64,000 bases of DNA from the NCBI GenBank assembly GCA_964472415.1, contig CAYYLC010000001.1:131269-195268 (forward strand). The letters run 5' to 3'. The position numbers and the translations under genes are program-made. A model generated the notes under the pieces. The model was not told the DNA's origin. It made no database searches and saw nothing but the letters and a program-made list of their open reading frames with translations. Source of the DNA: an uncultured Gammaproteobacteria bacterium. Its GTDB lineage: Bacteria; Patescibacteriota; Microgenomatia; Levybacterales; GWA1-39-11. Below, one piece after another: positions 11,165-23,332 of this stretch. How positions within the stretch are numbered: the first letter of the stretch is position 1; each line of letters starts with the position of its first letter.

Positions 11165-11294
11165 ATTAGTTGAGCTTAATTTTACTAAATTGAGGATCAA
11201 AACACCAGATAAGATGAGTTTTCATCATTCATGATAAGTTAGGCTATTATTCTTTCCAAAATAAAGATTTTTTAATAACAAAAGACTCAAGTAA

Positions 11295-11492
11295 TACTTA
11301 TTAGGTACAAATCAAAAAAGACAAGAGAAAGCAAAGAAGGAGATCGAGGACATTGTATTTGCGTTAGAACCGAAAGAATTGGCTGTTATATCAAGCAATT
11401 TAGTGTCTTACGAGCCTATCAGTTCTGCTTTGCTGCCGAGCAGGGATTCGAACCCCAATAAACGGATCCAGAATCCGTTGTCCTACCATTAG
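11295..11492 (+). pseudogene. Possible C-terminal remnant of a recombinase gene reading into the tRNA
   Basis: Start-less 65-codon open frame YLLGTNQ...LEPKEL...LLPSRDSNPNKRIQNPLSYH*, running antisense through the tRNA 3' half. Confidence 0.25.
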
Positions 11493-11503
11493 ACGACTCG
11501 GCA
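11433..11503 (-). tRNA. tRNA-Gln(CTG)
   Basis: Acceptor TGCCGAG/CTCGGCA, anticodon arm ACGGA-TTCTGGA-TCCGT, T-loop GTTCGAATC; CCA not encoded. Confidence 0.95.
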
Positions 11504-11624
11504 TCGATAGGGTGTAGTAAAGTGTATTTTACAAAATTAGCTTATACAATGCTACTTTGCTCTGAAATACAGTGGAGGATTTTCTGTATGTTCTCAATAA
11601 TCATTCGAGGGCATATAAAGAAAT

Positions 11625-13836
<2,212 letters not shown>

Positions 13837-14760
13837 TTATGACCAGAGCAAGATGCCTGACAATCGTTCAATTTGCTTTTTATTTCCGAGCATTTGCTTT
13901 GTCCTCCTTTCTTTATTGGTGAGAGATTTTTTTTCATTTTCTATATGACCTATGGCTTCTCCCATCGATCGAATCCGGGAGCCATATCGGGCAAGTTGCG
14001 CTTCGCTTACGGTTTGTTTGAAAAGTGATGCAAATACTTGTGTCTCAAAAAATTGGAGTATTTCTCCAATAGAAGGTTCAAAGAGAAATTTTCTCATAGT
14101 GTCTGAATCTGGATCTGTCTTCTTACCTTTGTCAGGTTTATTAATCTCTTTGTATAAAATATTTTGTGGATCATCTTCAGTTTTGTATCCTGAGACGTTT
14201 GAAACGATCGGTGTTTGTGTCACAATACTTTCAAATTTACCATAGTACACATCGATTTTTTGGTAATTAACCAGTGCTAACACTAATTCTTTGAGGTCTT
14301 CAATCTTAACATCGCTATCAGGGATTTCGAAATATTGGGCTTGTTTTTTAATCCCTGAATTTCCATAGAGTTCTTTTCCGACTTTTCCAACGATTATGAT
14401 ATCGTCATTGTTACTCTTTACTGCTTCAATAAAAAATTTGTATACCTTTGAAATAATATCTCCTTGGAGTTTTCCGTTTGAAGATAGGAGAACAGATACT
14501 GATTTTCCATTTTTAACAAACGAAGAAAGTTCTTCTGTATTTTTATTCTTTCGTTTCAGAAAATGAGCAATTTTATTTCCATATGATATTTTTACGTCAT
14601 AAAAAATCTCCGTTAGTTGTTCTAAGAAAGAGCGAGTTTGCAGAACCCCCTTTCTCTCTTTCTGCATCTTCATAACAGAAATTTCTTGCATTGCTTGAAC
14701 TACCATTCCCATAGTAGAGACTGTTTCGATTGTTTCTCTTAATTCTTTTAGGCTTTGCAT
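13837..14760 (-). CDS. atpG: F1-like ATPase gamma subunit (divergent)
   Basis: N-terminal LKELRETIETV...AMQEIS helix, FLFEPS, C-terminal LARYGSRIRSM helix; lies between alpha and beta. Confidence 0.85.
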   Translation of the reverse strand: MQSLKELRETIETVSTMGMVVQAMQEISVMKMQKERKGVLQTRSFLEQLTEIFYDVKISYGNKIAHFLKRKNKNTEELSSFVKNGKSVSVLLSSNGKLQGDIISKVYKFFIEAVKSNNDDIIIVGKVGKELYGNSGIKKQAQYFEIPDSDVKIEDLKELVLALVNYQKIDVYYGKFESIVTQTPIVSNVSGYKTEDDPQNILYKEINKPDKGKKTDPDSDTMRKFLFEPSIGEILQFFETQVFASLFKQTVSEAQLARYGSRIRSMGEAIGHIENEKKSLTNKERRTKQMLGNKKQIERLSGILLWS

Positions 14761-16220
14761 AATGAAAGGATTTTCTTTTTGTTTGAGTCTGTAAATTTCT
14801 CCAGTTCTTTAATTGTATGAATATTTTCAAAATTTTTTAAGAGGGAAGTTAATTTGCCTTCTTCATAAGCTTTAGTGAGGCATTCAATAATCGATTCAAT
14901 TTGATCATTGGTGTATTCATTAAAGGTTTTTTGCCAAATTAACACAAATAAAAGTGTTTGAACGGTCTCTGGAATTAATAATTTATATGATTGATTAAAG
15001 AGGCGGTAGAACTTATCTCCTGTTTTGAGAATATCTTTCACTTTGTCAGAAAGTTCTGCACCAAAATATGAATAGTTTTGCATTTTTTCATACTCTGCAA
15101 GAAATGCAGTAAGGCGCTGGGTGACTTCTCTTCTGAGCGATGATTGGGCCTGTTTTCCGACACGAGTCACAGAGAGTGAAGAGTTGATTGCTGGGCGACG
15201 TCCATTATGGAATGCACTACTATCAAAAAGAATATGCCCATCAGTCATTCCCATGACATTCGTTGCGATATATGAGGCCAAATCTCCTTCAACAATTTCG
15301 ACAATTGGAAGACATGAGATCGCAACAGGTTCTTTTTCAGGTTGTATAAAGTTCCCTGTACGTTCTAGGAGCCTTGCATGAGCATAGAAAATATCTCCGG
15401 GATAGGAATCTCGTCCTGGGAAGCGCTTTGCTACTAGAGATAATTCTCGATAGAATTTTGCATGGGTAGAAAGATCATCAAGCACAACCAATACATCTTG
15501 CCCGAGGTCCCTAAAATACTCAGCAATTGTCATAGCAGAGTATGGGGTAAGATAGATAAGACTTGGTGAATCTTGGGAGTTGGATGTGACAATGATGACC
15601 TTATCCATAATTTTTTCTTCAATAAAGTAGTTGTATAGCCTTTTAATTTCGTGAGTTTTCCTCGCAATTCCAGCGTAGATAACAATAGTGTTGTTGTGCT
15701 TAATTTGGTTCACGATTGTGCTGAGGGCAAATGACGTTTTACCTGTTTTACGATCTCCGATTACCAGCTCTTTTTGTCCCATTCCGAGCGGGATGAGGAT
15801 GTCTACGAGGTTTACTCCAGTAAGAAGAGGCTTGTTTATTGTTGCTCGTACATCAATTTTTCCTGCCTCCACATAAATCTCTCTCCGCTCTTTCGGAGGA
15901 GTAAAGTTTTTAATAATCGGATATACCTCTCCGAGAGGATCGATAATTGTGCCGAGAAGATTTTTCCCGACAGGTACAGAGATCATCGTATCAGTTCTTA
16001 CTATTCGTTCTCCCACTGCTACCGGCTCTTTAGAAAATGTAAGAATTTCAATTTCCTCTCTGTTTGCTGAGAACACTTCACCGAGCTTCCCCGATTCGAA
16101 AAGAATTAGCTCGTGGAGTTTCGCCTTTGGGATTCCTGTAGCTTTAACAATGGATGCTTTAAGTTCTTTTACGATACCATACTCACCAGTTTTTTCTAAG
16201 AAATGTGCAAAATTTTTCAT
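14748..16220 (-). CDS. atpA: F1-like ATPase alpha subunit
   Basis: GQKELVIGDRKTGKT, DDLSTHA, PGRDSYPGDIFYAHARLLER, TDGHI, RPAINSSLSVTRVG. Confidence 0.93.
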   Translation of the reverse strand: MKNFAHFLEKTGEYGIVKELKASIVKATGIPKAKLHELILFESGKLGEVFSANREEIEILTFSKEPVAVGERIVRTDTMISVPVGKNLLGTIIDPLGEVYPIIKNFTPPKERREIYVEAGKIDVRATINKPLLTGVNLVDILIPLGMGQKELVIGDRKTGKTSFALSTIVNQIKHNNTIVIYAGIARKTHEIKRLYNYFIEEKIMDKVIIVTSNSQDSPSLIYLTPYSAMTIAEYFRDLGQDVLVVLDDLSTHAKFYRELSLVAKRFPGRDSYPGDIFYAHARLLERTGNFIQPEKEPVAISCLPIVEIVEGDLASYIATNVMGMTDGHILFDSSAFHNGRRPAINSSLSVTRVGKQAQSSLRREVTQRLTAFLAEYEKMQNYSYFGAELSDKVKDILKTGDKFYRLFNQSYKLLIPETVQTLLFVLIWQKTFNEYTNDQIESIIECLTKAYEEGKLTSLLKNFENIHTIKELEKFTDSNKKKILSLCKA

Positions 16221-16684
16221 AAACTTAGGGGTAGTTCAGCGAGCTGTTTTCTTAAGGATTTATCCTTGAATGTCCCTTTTATCCCAATCTGAATTCCTCC
16301 TATTATTTTAGGGTTAACGTGTATATTCAGGAGATATTTCTCCTTTGAATTAGCGGTAATCCAACTACCAATCTTTTTAATCTGTTGATGGGTAGGGTCT
16401 ATTGCGATAGTAAGATCGATTACGGGAATTTGAGAAATTTCTTCTCGAATATTTGTAAGATAGGTCCTCAACTTTTCATGATTATTGAGAGATATTTTTT
16501 CGTTTTTGATCGCATCGAGGAGGGCTTCAGTGAATTCATATGAGAATATTTTTTGAATTCTTTGCATATTTTTCTCATTTTTATAAAGACTTGCTATAAA
16601 CTCTTCTATTTGAGTATTAAGTTTGTCAGCTTGTTTTTTTGTGTAAAGTATTTCTAAGATAGGCAGATATTTATTTTCATTCAT
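16217..16684 (-). CDS. atpH: F1-like ATPase delta (OSCP) subunit
   Basis: C-terminal VNPKIIGGIQI...DKSLRKQL OSCP motif; ATG 16684 overlaps the b-like stop; ATGA overlap with alpha. Confidence 0.75.
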   Translation of the reverse strand: MNENKYLPILEILYTKKQADKLNTQIEEFIASLYKNEKNMQRIQKIFSYEFTEALLDAIKNEKISLNNHEKLRTYLTNIREEISQIPVIDLTIAIDPTHQQIKKIGSWITANSKEKYLLNIHVNPKIIGGIQIGIKGTFKDKSLRKQLAELPLSL

Positions 16685-17363
16685 GGTCAGAAAAAAGTCC
16701 CTCAGCTTTTGCTTCTTCCAGCGAGGCAAGGATCAATTTTTCGTGTTCATCTACTGGAATGCTTTTCCCAAGCAGATCAGTTGCAATTTTTTTAATTAAG
16801 TTCTTGATTGACTCATCAGCTTTTTTCATTTCTTTTAACTTGTAGTCTTTAATTTCTTTTTGGGCTTTTTCAAACTCCAGGTCAACTTTATATTTTAGAT
16901 AATTTTCCAGGGAAATAGTTTGTCTATCAAGAACTTTTTGAAGTTTTGAAATTCCTAATTTACCAGTGGATTCCATTTTGCTAATGGTTTTTTCTGCTTG
17001 TTTTTCGTATTTCTTTTCAAGATTTTCGAACTCTGCATCAAATGTTTCTGAAATTTCATTTAATTGTAATGTGAGAATATTGGCGTGTTTTTGAGAGGTT
17101 TCTTTAAGAATATCTTGTAGTTTCTTTTCGTTCAGTTCTTTAACTGATTTCGTTTCTTTAATAATCTTAGTGGCTTTTTCTAATGATTCTCGCAAAAGCT
17201 TTTCAGAATTTTGATGAACGAGCTCCATAGTCTTTGCGGAGTGTCGGTGGAGTCTATCCTCGATTCTTTTAATCTTTTTTTCCTTTTTTCTCAATTTTTG
17301 CCAAAAGGCAAAAAGTGCTATTGCACAGATAATACTTATAATAATAGGCAGAATAATAACCAT
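16677..17363 (-). CDS. atpF: Peripheral-stalk b-like subunit (long)
   Basis: Single N-terminal TM, long coiled coil, C-terminal IATDLLGKSIPVDEHEKLI resembling b; syntenic position. Confidence 0.7.
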   Translation of the reverse strand: MVIILPIIISIICAIALFAFWQKLRKKEKKIKRIEDRLHRHSAKTMELVHQNSEKLLRESLEKATKIIKETKSVKELNEKKLQDILKETSQKHANILTLQLNEISETFDAEFENLEKKYEKQAEKTISKMESTGKLGISKLQKVLDRQTISLENYLKYKVDLEFEKAQKEIKDYKLKEMKKADESIKNLIKKIATDLLGKSIPVDEHEKLILASLEEAKAEGLFSDHE

Positions 17364-17364
17364 T

Positions 17365-18159
<795 letters not shown>

Positions 18160-18163
18160 TTAA

Positions 18164-21100
18164 TTAGTTTATAATCCACCAGTTGAAGAATATTTCTTCT
18201 TCTCCTGCTTTTTCTACTTCAACTTTGAAGTATTCTTGATCCTTTTGCTCTGTAACTGCCAGTACTCCTTCATAGAGAGTTTTAGGAGTGATAAATATAT
18301 TTGATTTTTCTGTGACTGCTTTTGTGTTTATTATTGCAGCAGATTCTCCTTCTGGAATTTTCCCAACTCCTAATGAGGCATTTTCTTCATCTGTCGTTTC
18401 AATTTCGATCTTTTGTGCCTTAAGGGTGCCTTTTGTAACAATATCCCCATTTTCATTCAGGGTAATAGCTCCTTTAAAAAATTCTACGTTCTCTTGGCTT
18501 TCAGATTGTAGTTGAAGCGGTTTGTCGATTGTGTTTATGCTGTTTTCTGCAGCATTTATAATGATGGAGCCGATTTGGAGCGATTCAGTAAGCGTAATAG
18601 TGTCAAGCTGTAATCCTTTAATTTTTGTAAATATTTGAGAGCTGTCAGATGCTATTTCAAATTCTGAATCCAGGATTTGATTCAAAATCTCGTTTTGATC
18701 CTCTAATTTGTTGAGTTTTTCCTCGATGAGAGTAACGCGCGACTCAATGCCTGTAGTGCTATTTATGGTTTTTGTTTCGAGATCTTCAAATGCATTTCCA
18801 AGCTTTGTTAATGGCAGGATAGGAGTGTTATTTCCTGCAAGATGCGTGTTGTTGTTTGGTATAAGATTGCCTGCTTGATCTATTTTTAGGGTAGAGTACC
18901 ATCCGGCATTTGCAAAAATCGTAATTGTACCAATTTCAGATTCTGAGTATCCTTCAAGTGCTCGTCCAACTATATATGTTGAGGAAGTTGCTTTTACTGC
19001 AACTCCAGGTGTTTCTCCGATCGTCAAAGGGTCGCCAGTTTTAATTTCTCCATTTGCGGTGCTTACTTTTGTTGGGACTCGTCCACTCAGGGCAACCGGA
19101 TAAATATATTTATGGATAGAGTCTGTTTCTGCTTCTGAGTTTAGCGTCACGCCAGGTTTTGTAGATATAACTCCAAGTAGTGTGCTTGATCCATCCCTTG
19201 CTTTTACTATTGCCTGTGAATTTCCATTATCTGCCATACTTACAACATCTCCTGGTTGGAGGGCTTGTGATGATACATAGTTTTCTGCAAGGTCAGCTCC
19301 TGTGACTACAGTATTTTCAGTATAGATAGTCCCCGTAGCATTTAAGGCGCAGATACCAGTTTCGGTGACACATAAGCTTCCGGCAATACTTAGCGTATTA
19401 TTGGCAGATGTAGGAGTCGAGAGGTTAATTCCAACCATTTTTTCTGAAAAATCACCCCAAATCAGTGGGCTTCCGGCAGTATTCGCGATATATAATTGGT
19501 CTGAGAACGTGGCTGAACTTGATGCTCCGGCATTGGGTCCTATAAAGATGTTCCCTGATCCTCCTGCCAAATGATACCCGGCGTTATACCCTACTGCGAC
19601 ATTAGAGTCACCGTCTACGTTTGATGCGAGCGCATTTGCTCCAAAAGCACTATTGCTCGCGGCAGTTGAACCGCTGAGCAGAGCATTCGCTCCGAATCCG
19701 GCATTATTGATTCCGGATTCGTTCAAACTTCCTACAGAATATCCGACAAATGTATTAAACAATCCGCTTCCTCCTGCTCTCATCTCGAAGGGAGATGCAC
19801 CACCATCACTGCTCTCCAACACGAAACCTGCATTTGATGGTGTAGGTGGTGGCGGAGGGGGTGGTTCAGGGGTAATCGATGTTGAAGTAACTCGGACATT
19901 TGTTATCTCAACCTTGAATTGTCCTCCTGCTAGAGATGAGATACCCAGACTTAGGCTTGCAGCTCCTGAAGGGGTTATCGGCATAGGATTCCCGAAAAAA
20001 TTAAGCGTACCATACGTACCAGGAGTATCGACACGGTCATCTAGACTAATGATTCTCGACGCATTTGGACCAAGTTGAATATTGATGCTACCTCTGTACT
20101 CAAGAGAAACCACTTCAAAGGTTACCGTATATGCGATACCTCCCTGTATGTAGTTTCCCATATATTGATTATCGAGCGTTGCTACTGCGCTAGTTCCGGT
20201 TGAAAAATGTAACCCATCAGCGATAGAGAGTCCTGATCCCAAATCCCAATTCCCTGTATTAGATGAAAAGTCGCTATCTGCAGGATTTGAAATTAAATTG
20301 TCATCAGGAGGGCCACCACCCCCCGGATCACTTGATGTAGGATAGCTTGAGCTTTCCTTTACTGTTAATATACCCTTTAATGAGCTCGTATTTATGCCAA
20401 CACCACCTCCAGAAACTTGCATCATATTATATCCACCTGCTTTAACAAGTAGGCTTGATGCTGCCTCAAAAGAAATGTCCTCATTATTAAGTGAAATGAA
20501 TTTCCCACTTGTTATGATTTGTCCACTTCCAGGACTGAGTACAATGTCTTCATCCGCGTCCAAGACTATATTTTCCCCTGAATCAAGAGTGATGCTATCA
20601 TCATTGACTGTCCGGATAGTTCCGCTTGAAGTGAGGGATAGCGTTCGTGTCGGAGATTGTCTTAGCCAGATTGTCGGATCACCTGAATTGATATTGGTAA
20701 TCGTAAACTTAGCATTGTTCACGGTTGATCCGCCTATTGCAAGGTTTTGCGTGGTATCTTTTGCGAATAAGAGAGTGCTTTGCGAATCCCATAAGCTGGC
20801 AGAGGGGTCGACCGGACACGAACCACTGCCTGTAACAATCCCTCCGCTCGTTGTGACGCAAGAATACCCTTCAACTGAAACTCCTGATAGTCCTTGATTT
20901 TGATAGACACCGCTTGCGAGATTCAAGTTTCCAGCACCGGTTAGCACCATTCTGCTCTGCCCAGAAGCTGACGCAGTAAGGATGTTTTTTAATGAATCAG
21001 TTTGATTTATAGATAATGCTGATGACCCTGTATCTCCGGAGATAGAAATGAACCCTGAAGGTGATGTTGTTCCGATACCGATAGCACTTCCTGAGTCATA

Positions 21101-23053
21101 GATAAGTGAGTTATTGAGAGATTGTCCGTTTGAACCAAATATTGGGAGGTAGTTATCTGTTCCATTGCTGATAACACCACCATCTTCACCGATACAATTA
21201 CCGCTTGAGTCACAAATGATCCTGTTTCCCCAATAGAGGCTTGAGCCGGGACCTGTGGTTGAAGCTGTTGTGTTTAGGATGTCTCCGGAACCTTCTCCTT
21301 CGCCGATTCGAATTGCACCGTGCACATCTAATACTACATCAGCAAGTGGTGATGATGTGCCGACTCCAACACTTGTTCCGTTATCGTAAATAAGCGAAGG
21401 GGTTAATATGCCAGGAGTATCATATTTCGGGATAAAATTTGCCGTTCCAAGACCGATTAATCCTCCTCCCGCAGTAGCGCAGTTTCCGGTTGTGAGACAG
21501 ATTGTGCCGGAGGCATCGGGAAATTGGTAACTTCTATTACCATTAAGCTCTTCCAGAGTAAGGTATGCCACGTTCTCAGAACCGGAACTAAATGTGAGCA
21601 TATTCTCAGAGGATGCAAGCTTGAGGCTTTCAAATGTGGGAGATGCGACAGTGTCAAGTATTTGTGGGAGTGTTAGGAGAATGTCACCAGTGAGCCCAGT
21701 TGGTGAGTATGAGCCATTCACGAGAATATGTCTCACGCCACCAGCAATTTTTGTTACACCGGTATTAGTTATCGTGAGTGAGTAAGGAGCTCGCGTAATA
21801 GAGAGCCCATTGCCAGTAGATAGACTTCTCGGTTCGTATTCTCCTGTTAAGCCACTCCCAATAAGAATTTGACCATCTGTTGGGATTTTGTCTGTACCTG
21901 TGCCCCCATATGAAGAAGATAGGATTCCTGATACGTGATTGCTGCTTGAGAGGTCGATTGGTCCACTAGTTAGTTTGTATCCCAGTGCTTGGACAATTCC
22001 ATTGCCTAATGAGGTAAGTTCGATTTCTCCTGATGCGCTAAAATCCGTTACTCCTTTTAAGGAGCCGTTGGCAGTTAAGTCAGCCCCATCAATTAATAGT
22101 GATTGAGTTCCTTTTGAAGTTAATATTACGCTCCCGGTACTTGTGCCGCCTACATAGAGATCTGTATCATTGAGAGCCTCGATTCTTCCGTTTGAATTTA
22201 GTGAAAGTGATTGTAGCGAATCTGTTGGATTTTCTAGAAGTATCTGTGAGAATTTTACGATTGCACCAGTGTCTATATTTTGTGGTAAGGAGAGTGAATA
22301 CACACTCCCAACTCTTTCTGCATATATTTGTTTATCAGTACCAACAATATGACTAATCATTCCGGTTCCAACATTACTGGAGATTGTAATGCTTTTTGTT
22401 ATTGGGTTTGATGATAGTGAAATTCCAGTTCCTGGTATAAAGGTAAGTGAATCATTATTGGAGCTTGCTGTGATGATTGGTCCGTCGGGAACGAGGATAT
22501 TTTTAAAAATACTCTGATCACCGAGTAGTTCATTTATTTCTTCAAGATTGACTATTGGGATAGTAAGATCTCCGGTTTCTCCATTTACAGAGAGTACTCC
22601 AGTATTGCTAATTTCAAGCGTATCATCACCTTCTATGGTAATACCAGGCCCGCCGATCAAAACACTCGTGAGTAATTCTGTATCAATCTGGAGGCCTTCA
22701 CTAATAAGGCCAAGATCTACGAGTTCCCCTCTATAATAAAGATCACCATTTAGGTTTGTATTTTGTTCAATAGTAACATCTGACTCAAATAATGTGGCAG
22801 CAGTGAAGTTGGTAGGTATGCTAAACGTTACACCTCCTGCAGTCTCTGAATCAGTTACTGCAAGAACCTCGCCTAAATTGCCAGGAGTTCTCGGTGGAGG
22901 ATTTTCTTCTGAATTGTTACCAGAAGTCCATTCAATGGCGAAGATGATTGTGACAGAGCTAAAAAGAAGGGCAATCCCAAGAAGGGCAATTTTAGAATAA
23001 AGCTTTATAAAGGAAAATGTTTTCATTTTCCTTGAATAATAATCTGGATCCAT
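18164..23053 (-). CDS. Giant exported fibre/adhesin-like protein (1629 aa)
   Basis: N-terminal hydrophobic segment; G/S/T-rich; repeated IYD-G--(V/I)G(V/I)GT-SP and GT-N-(I/L)P-(Y/F) tail-fibre-like units; N-A-G--A repeats; ADLAENY domain; coiled coil; C-terminal FNWWIIN. Confidence 0.8.
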   Translation of the reverse strand: MDPDYYSRKMKTFSFIKLYSKIALLGIALLFSSVTIIFAIEWTSGNNSEENPPPRTPGNLGEVLAVTDSETAGGVTFSIPTNFTAATLFESDVTIEQNTNLNGDLYYRGELVDLGLISEGLQIDTELLTSVLIGGPGITIEGDDTLEISNTGVLSVNGETGDLTIPIVNLEEINELLGDQSIFKNILVPDGPIITASSNNDSLTFIPGTGISLSSNPITKSITISSNVGTGMISHIVGTDKQIYAERVGSVYSLSLPQNIDTGAIVKFSQILLENPTDSLQSLSLNSNGRIEALNDTDLYVGGTSTGSVILTSKGTQSLLIDGADLTANGSLKGVTDFSASGEIELTSLGNGIVQALGYKLTSGPIDLSSSNHVSGILSSSYGGTGTDKIPTDGQILIGSGLTGEYEPRSLSTGNGLSITRAPYSLTITNTGVTKIAGGVRHILVNGSYSPTGLTGDILLTLPQILDTVASPTFESLKLASSENMLTFSSGSENVAYLTLEELNGNRSYQFPDASGTICLTTGNCATAGGGLIGLGTANFIPKYDTPGILTPSLIYDNGTSVGVGTSSPLADVVLDVHGAIRIGEGEGSGDILNTTASTTGPGSSLYWGNRIICDSSGNCIGEDGGVISNGTDNYLPIFGSNGQSLNNSLIYDSGSAIGIGTTSPSGFISISGDTGSSALSINQTDSLKNILTASASGQSRMVLTGAGNLNLASGVYQNQGLSGVSVEGYSCVTTSGGIVTGSGSCPVDPSASLWDSQSTLLFAKDTTQNLAIGGSTVNNAKFTITNINSGDPTIWLRQSPTRTLSLTSSGTIRTVNDDSITLDSGENIVLDADEDIVLSPGSGQIITSGKFISLNNEDISFEAASSLLVKAGGYNMMQVSGGGVGINTSSLKGILTVKESSSYPTSSDPGGGGPPDDNLISNPADSDFSSNTGNWDLGSGLSIADGLHFSTGTSAVATLDNQYMGNYIQGGIAYTVTFEVVSLEYRGSINIQLGPNASRIISLDDRVDTPGTYGTLNFFGNPMPITPSGAASLSLGISSLAGGQFKVEITNVRVTSTSITPEPPPPPPPTPSNAGFVLESSDGGASPFEMRAGGSGLFNTFVGYSVGSLNESGINNAGFGANALLSGSTAASNSAFGANALASNVDGDSNVAVGYNAGYHLAGGSGNIFIGPNAGASSSATFSDQLYIANTAGSPLIWGDFSEKMVGINLSTPTSANNTLSIAGSLCVTETGICALNATGTIYTENTVVTGADLAENYVSSQALQPGDVVSMADNGNSQAIVKARDGSSTLLGVISTKPGVTLNSEAETDSIHKYIYPVALSGRVPTKVSTANGEIKTGDPLTIGETPGVAVKATSSTYIVGRALEGYSESEIGTITIFANAGWYSTLKIDQAGNLIPNNNTHLAGNNTPILPLTKLGNAFEDLETKTINSTTGIESRVTLIEEKLNKLEDQNEILNQILDSEFEIASDSSQIFTKIKGLQLDTITLTESLQIGSIIINAAENSINTIDKPLQLQSESQENVEFFKGAITLNENGDIVTKGTLKAQKIEIETTDEENASLGVGKIPEGESAAIINTKAVTEKSNIFITPKTLYEGVLAVTEQKDQEYFKVEVEKAGEEEIFFNWWIIN

Positions 23054-23249
23054 TTTTTTATAACTAGACCCTTTTTGTAACTAGAATAAAGGGCAATCCT
23101 ATCATACAGAATTGTCTTTTGGATATGCAACAGTGATGGATATCCTGATATTTTTATAGTTCTTTGTTGCAGGTGATATGAAAAAATGCCTCTGAGCAAT
23201 TCATAGAGACTGTATGAACAATTTCGCCTCAAATCTCGTAAAATAGATA

Positions 23250-23278
23250 TTGACATATAGGGGTGTTTTCTATACACT
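23250..23278 (+). promoter_or_regulatory. sigma70-type promoter P1 of lon
   Basis: TTGACA (23250-55), 17 nt, TACACT (23273-78). Confidence 0.7.
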
Positions 23279-23295
23279 GGGCGCACGAGAAATGC

Positions 23296-23324
23296 TTGAC
23301 AGTTAGCAAAGCATTTGTTACACT
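23296..23324 (+). promoter_or_regulatory. sigma70-type promoter P2 of lon (extended -10)
   Basis: TTGACA (23296-301), 17 nt, TACACT (23319-24) preceded by TGn; ATG 8 nt downstream. Confidence 0.75.
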
Positions 23325-23329
23325 GCTAA
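23303..23329. promoter_or_regulatory. CIRCE-like (HrcA) operator
   Basis: TTAGCAAAG-N9-CACTGCTAA versus consensus TTAGCACTC-N9-GAGTGCTAA; overlaps P2 of a heat-shock protease gene. Confidence 0.65.
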
Positions 23330-23332
23330 TCC

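Noticed and set aside
11213-11226. GATGA-GTTT-TCATC inverted repeat upstream of the HTH gene as an operator
   Set aside because: Only 5-bp arms; expected by chance
18288-23000. Many plus-strand ORFs (e.g. 19653-20078, 20394-20897) inside the giant gene
   Set aside because: Antisense to a long coherent CDS; no recognisable motifs
18164-23053. Prophage interpretation of the tail-fibre-like gene
   Set aside because: No capsid, terminase, portal or integrase nearby; the gene has an N-terminal export/anchor segment and is coupled to the ATPase genes
23023-23286. 87-aa minus-strand ORF upstream of the giant gene
   Set aside because: Covers the divergent promoter region, has no motif and has a weak start
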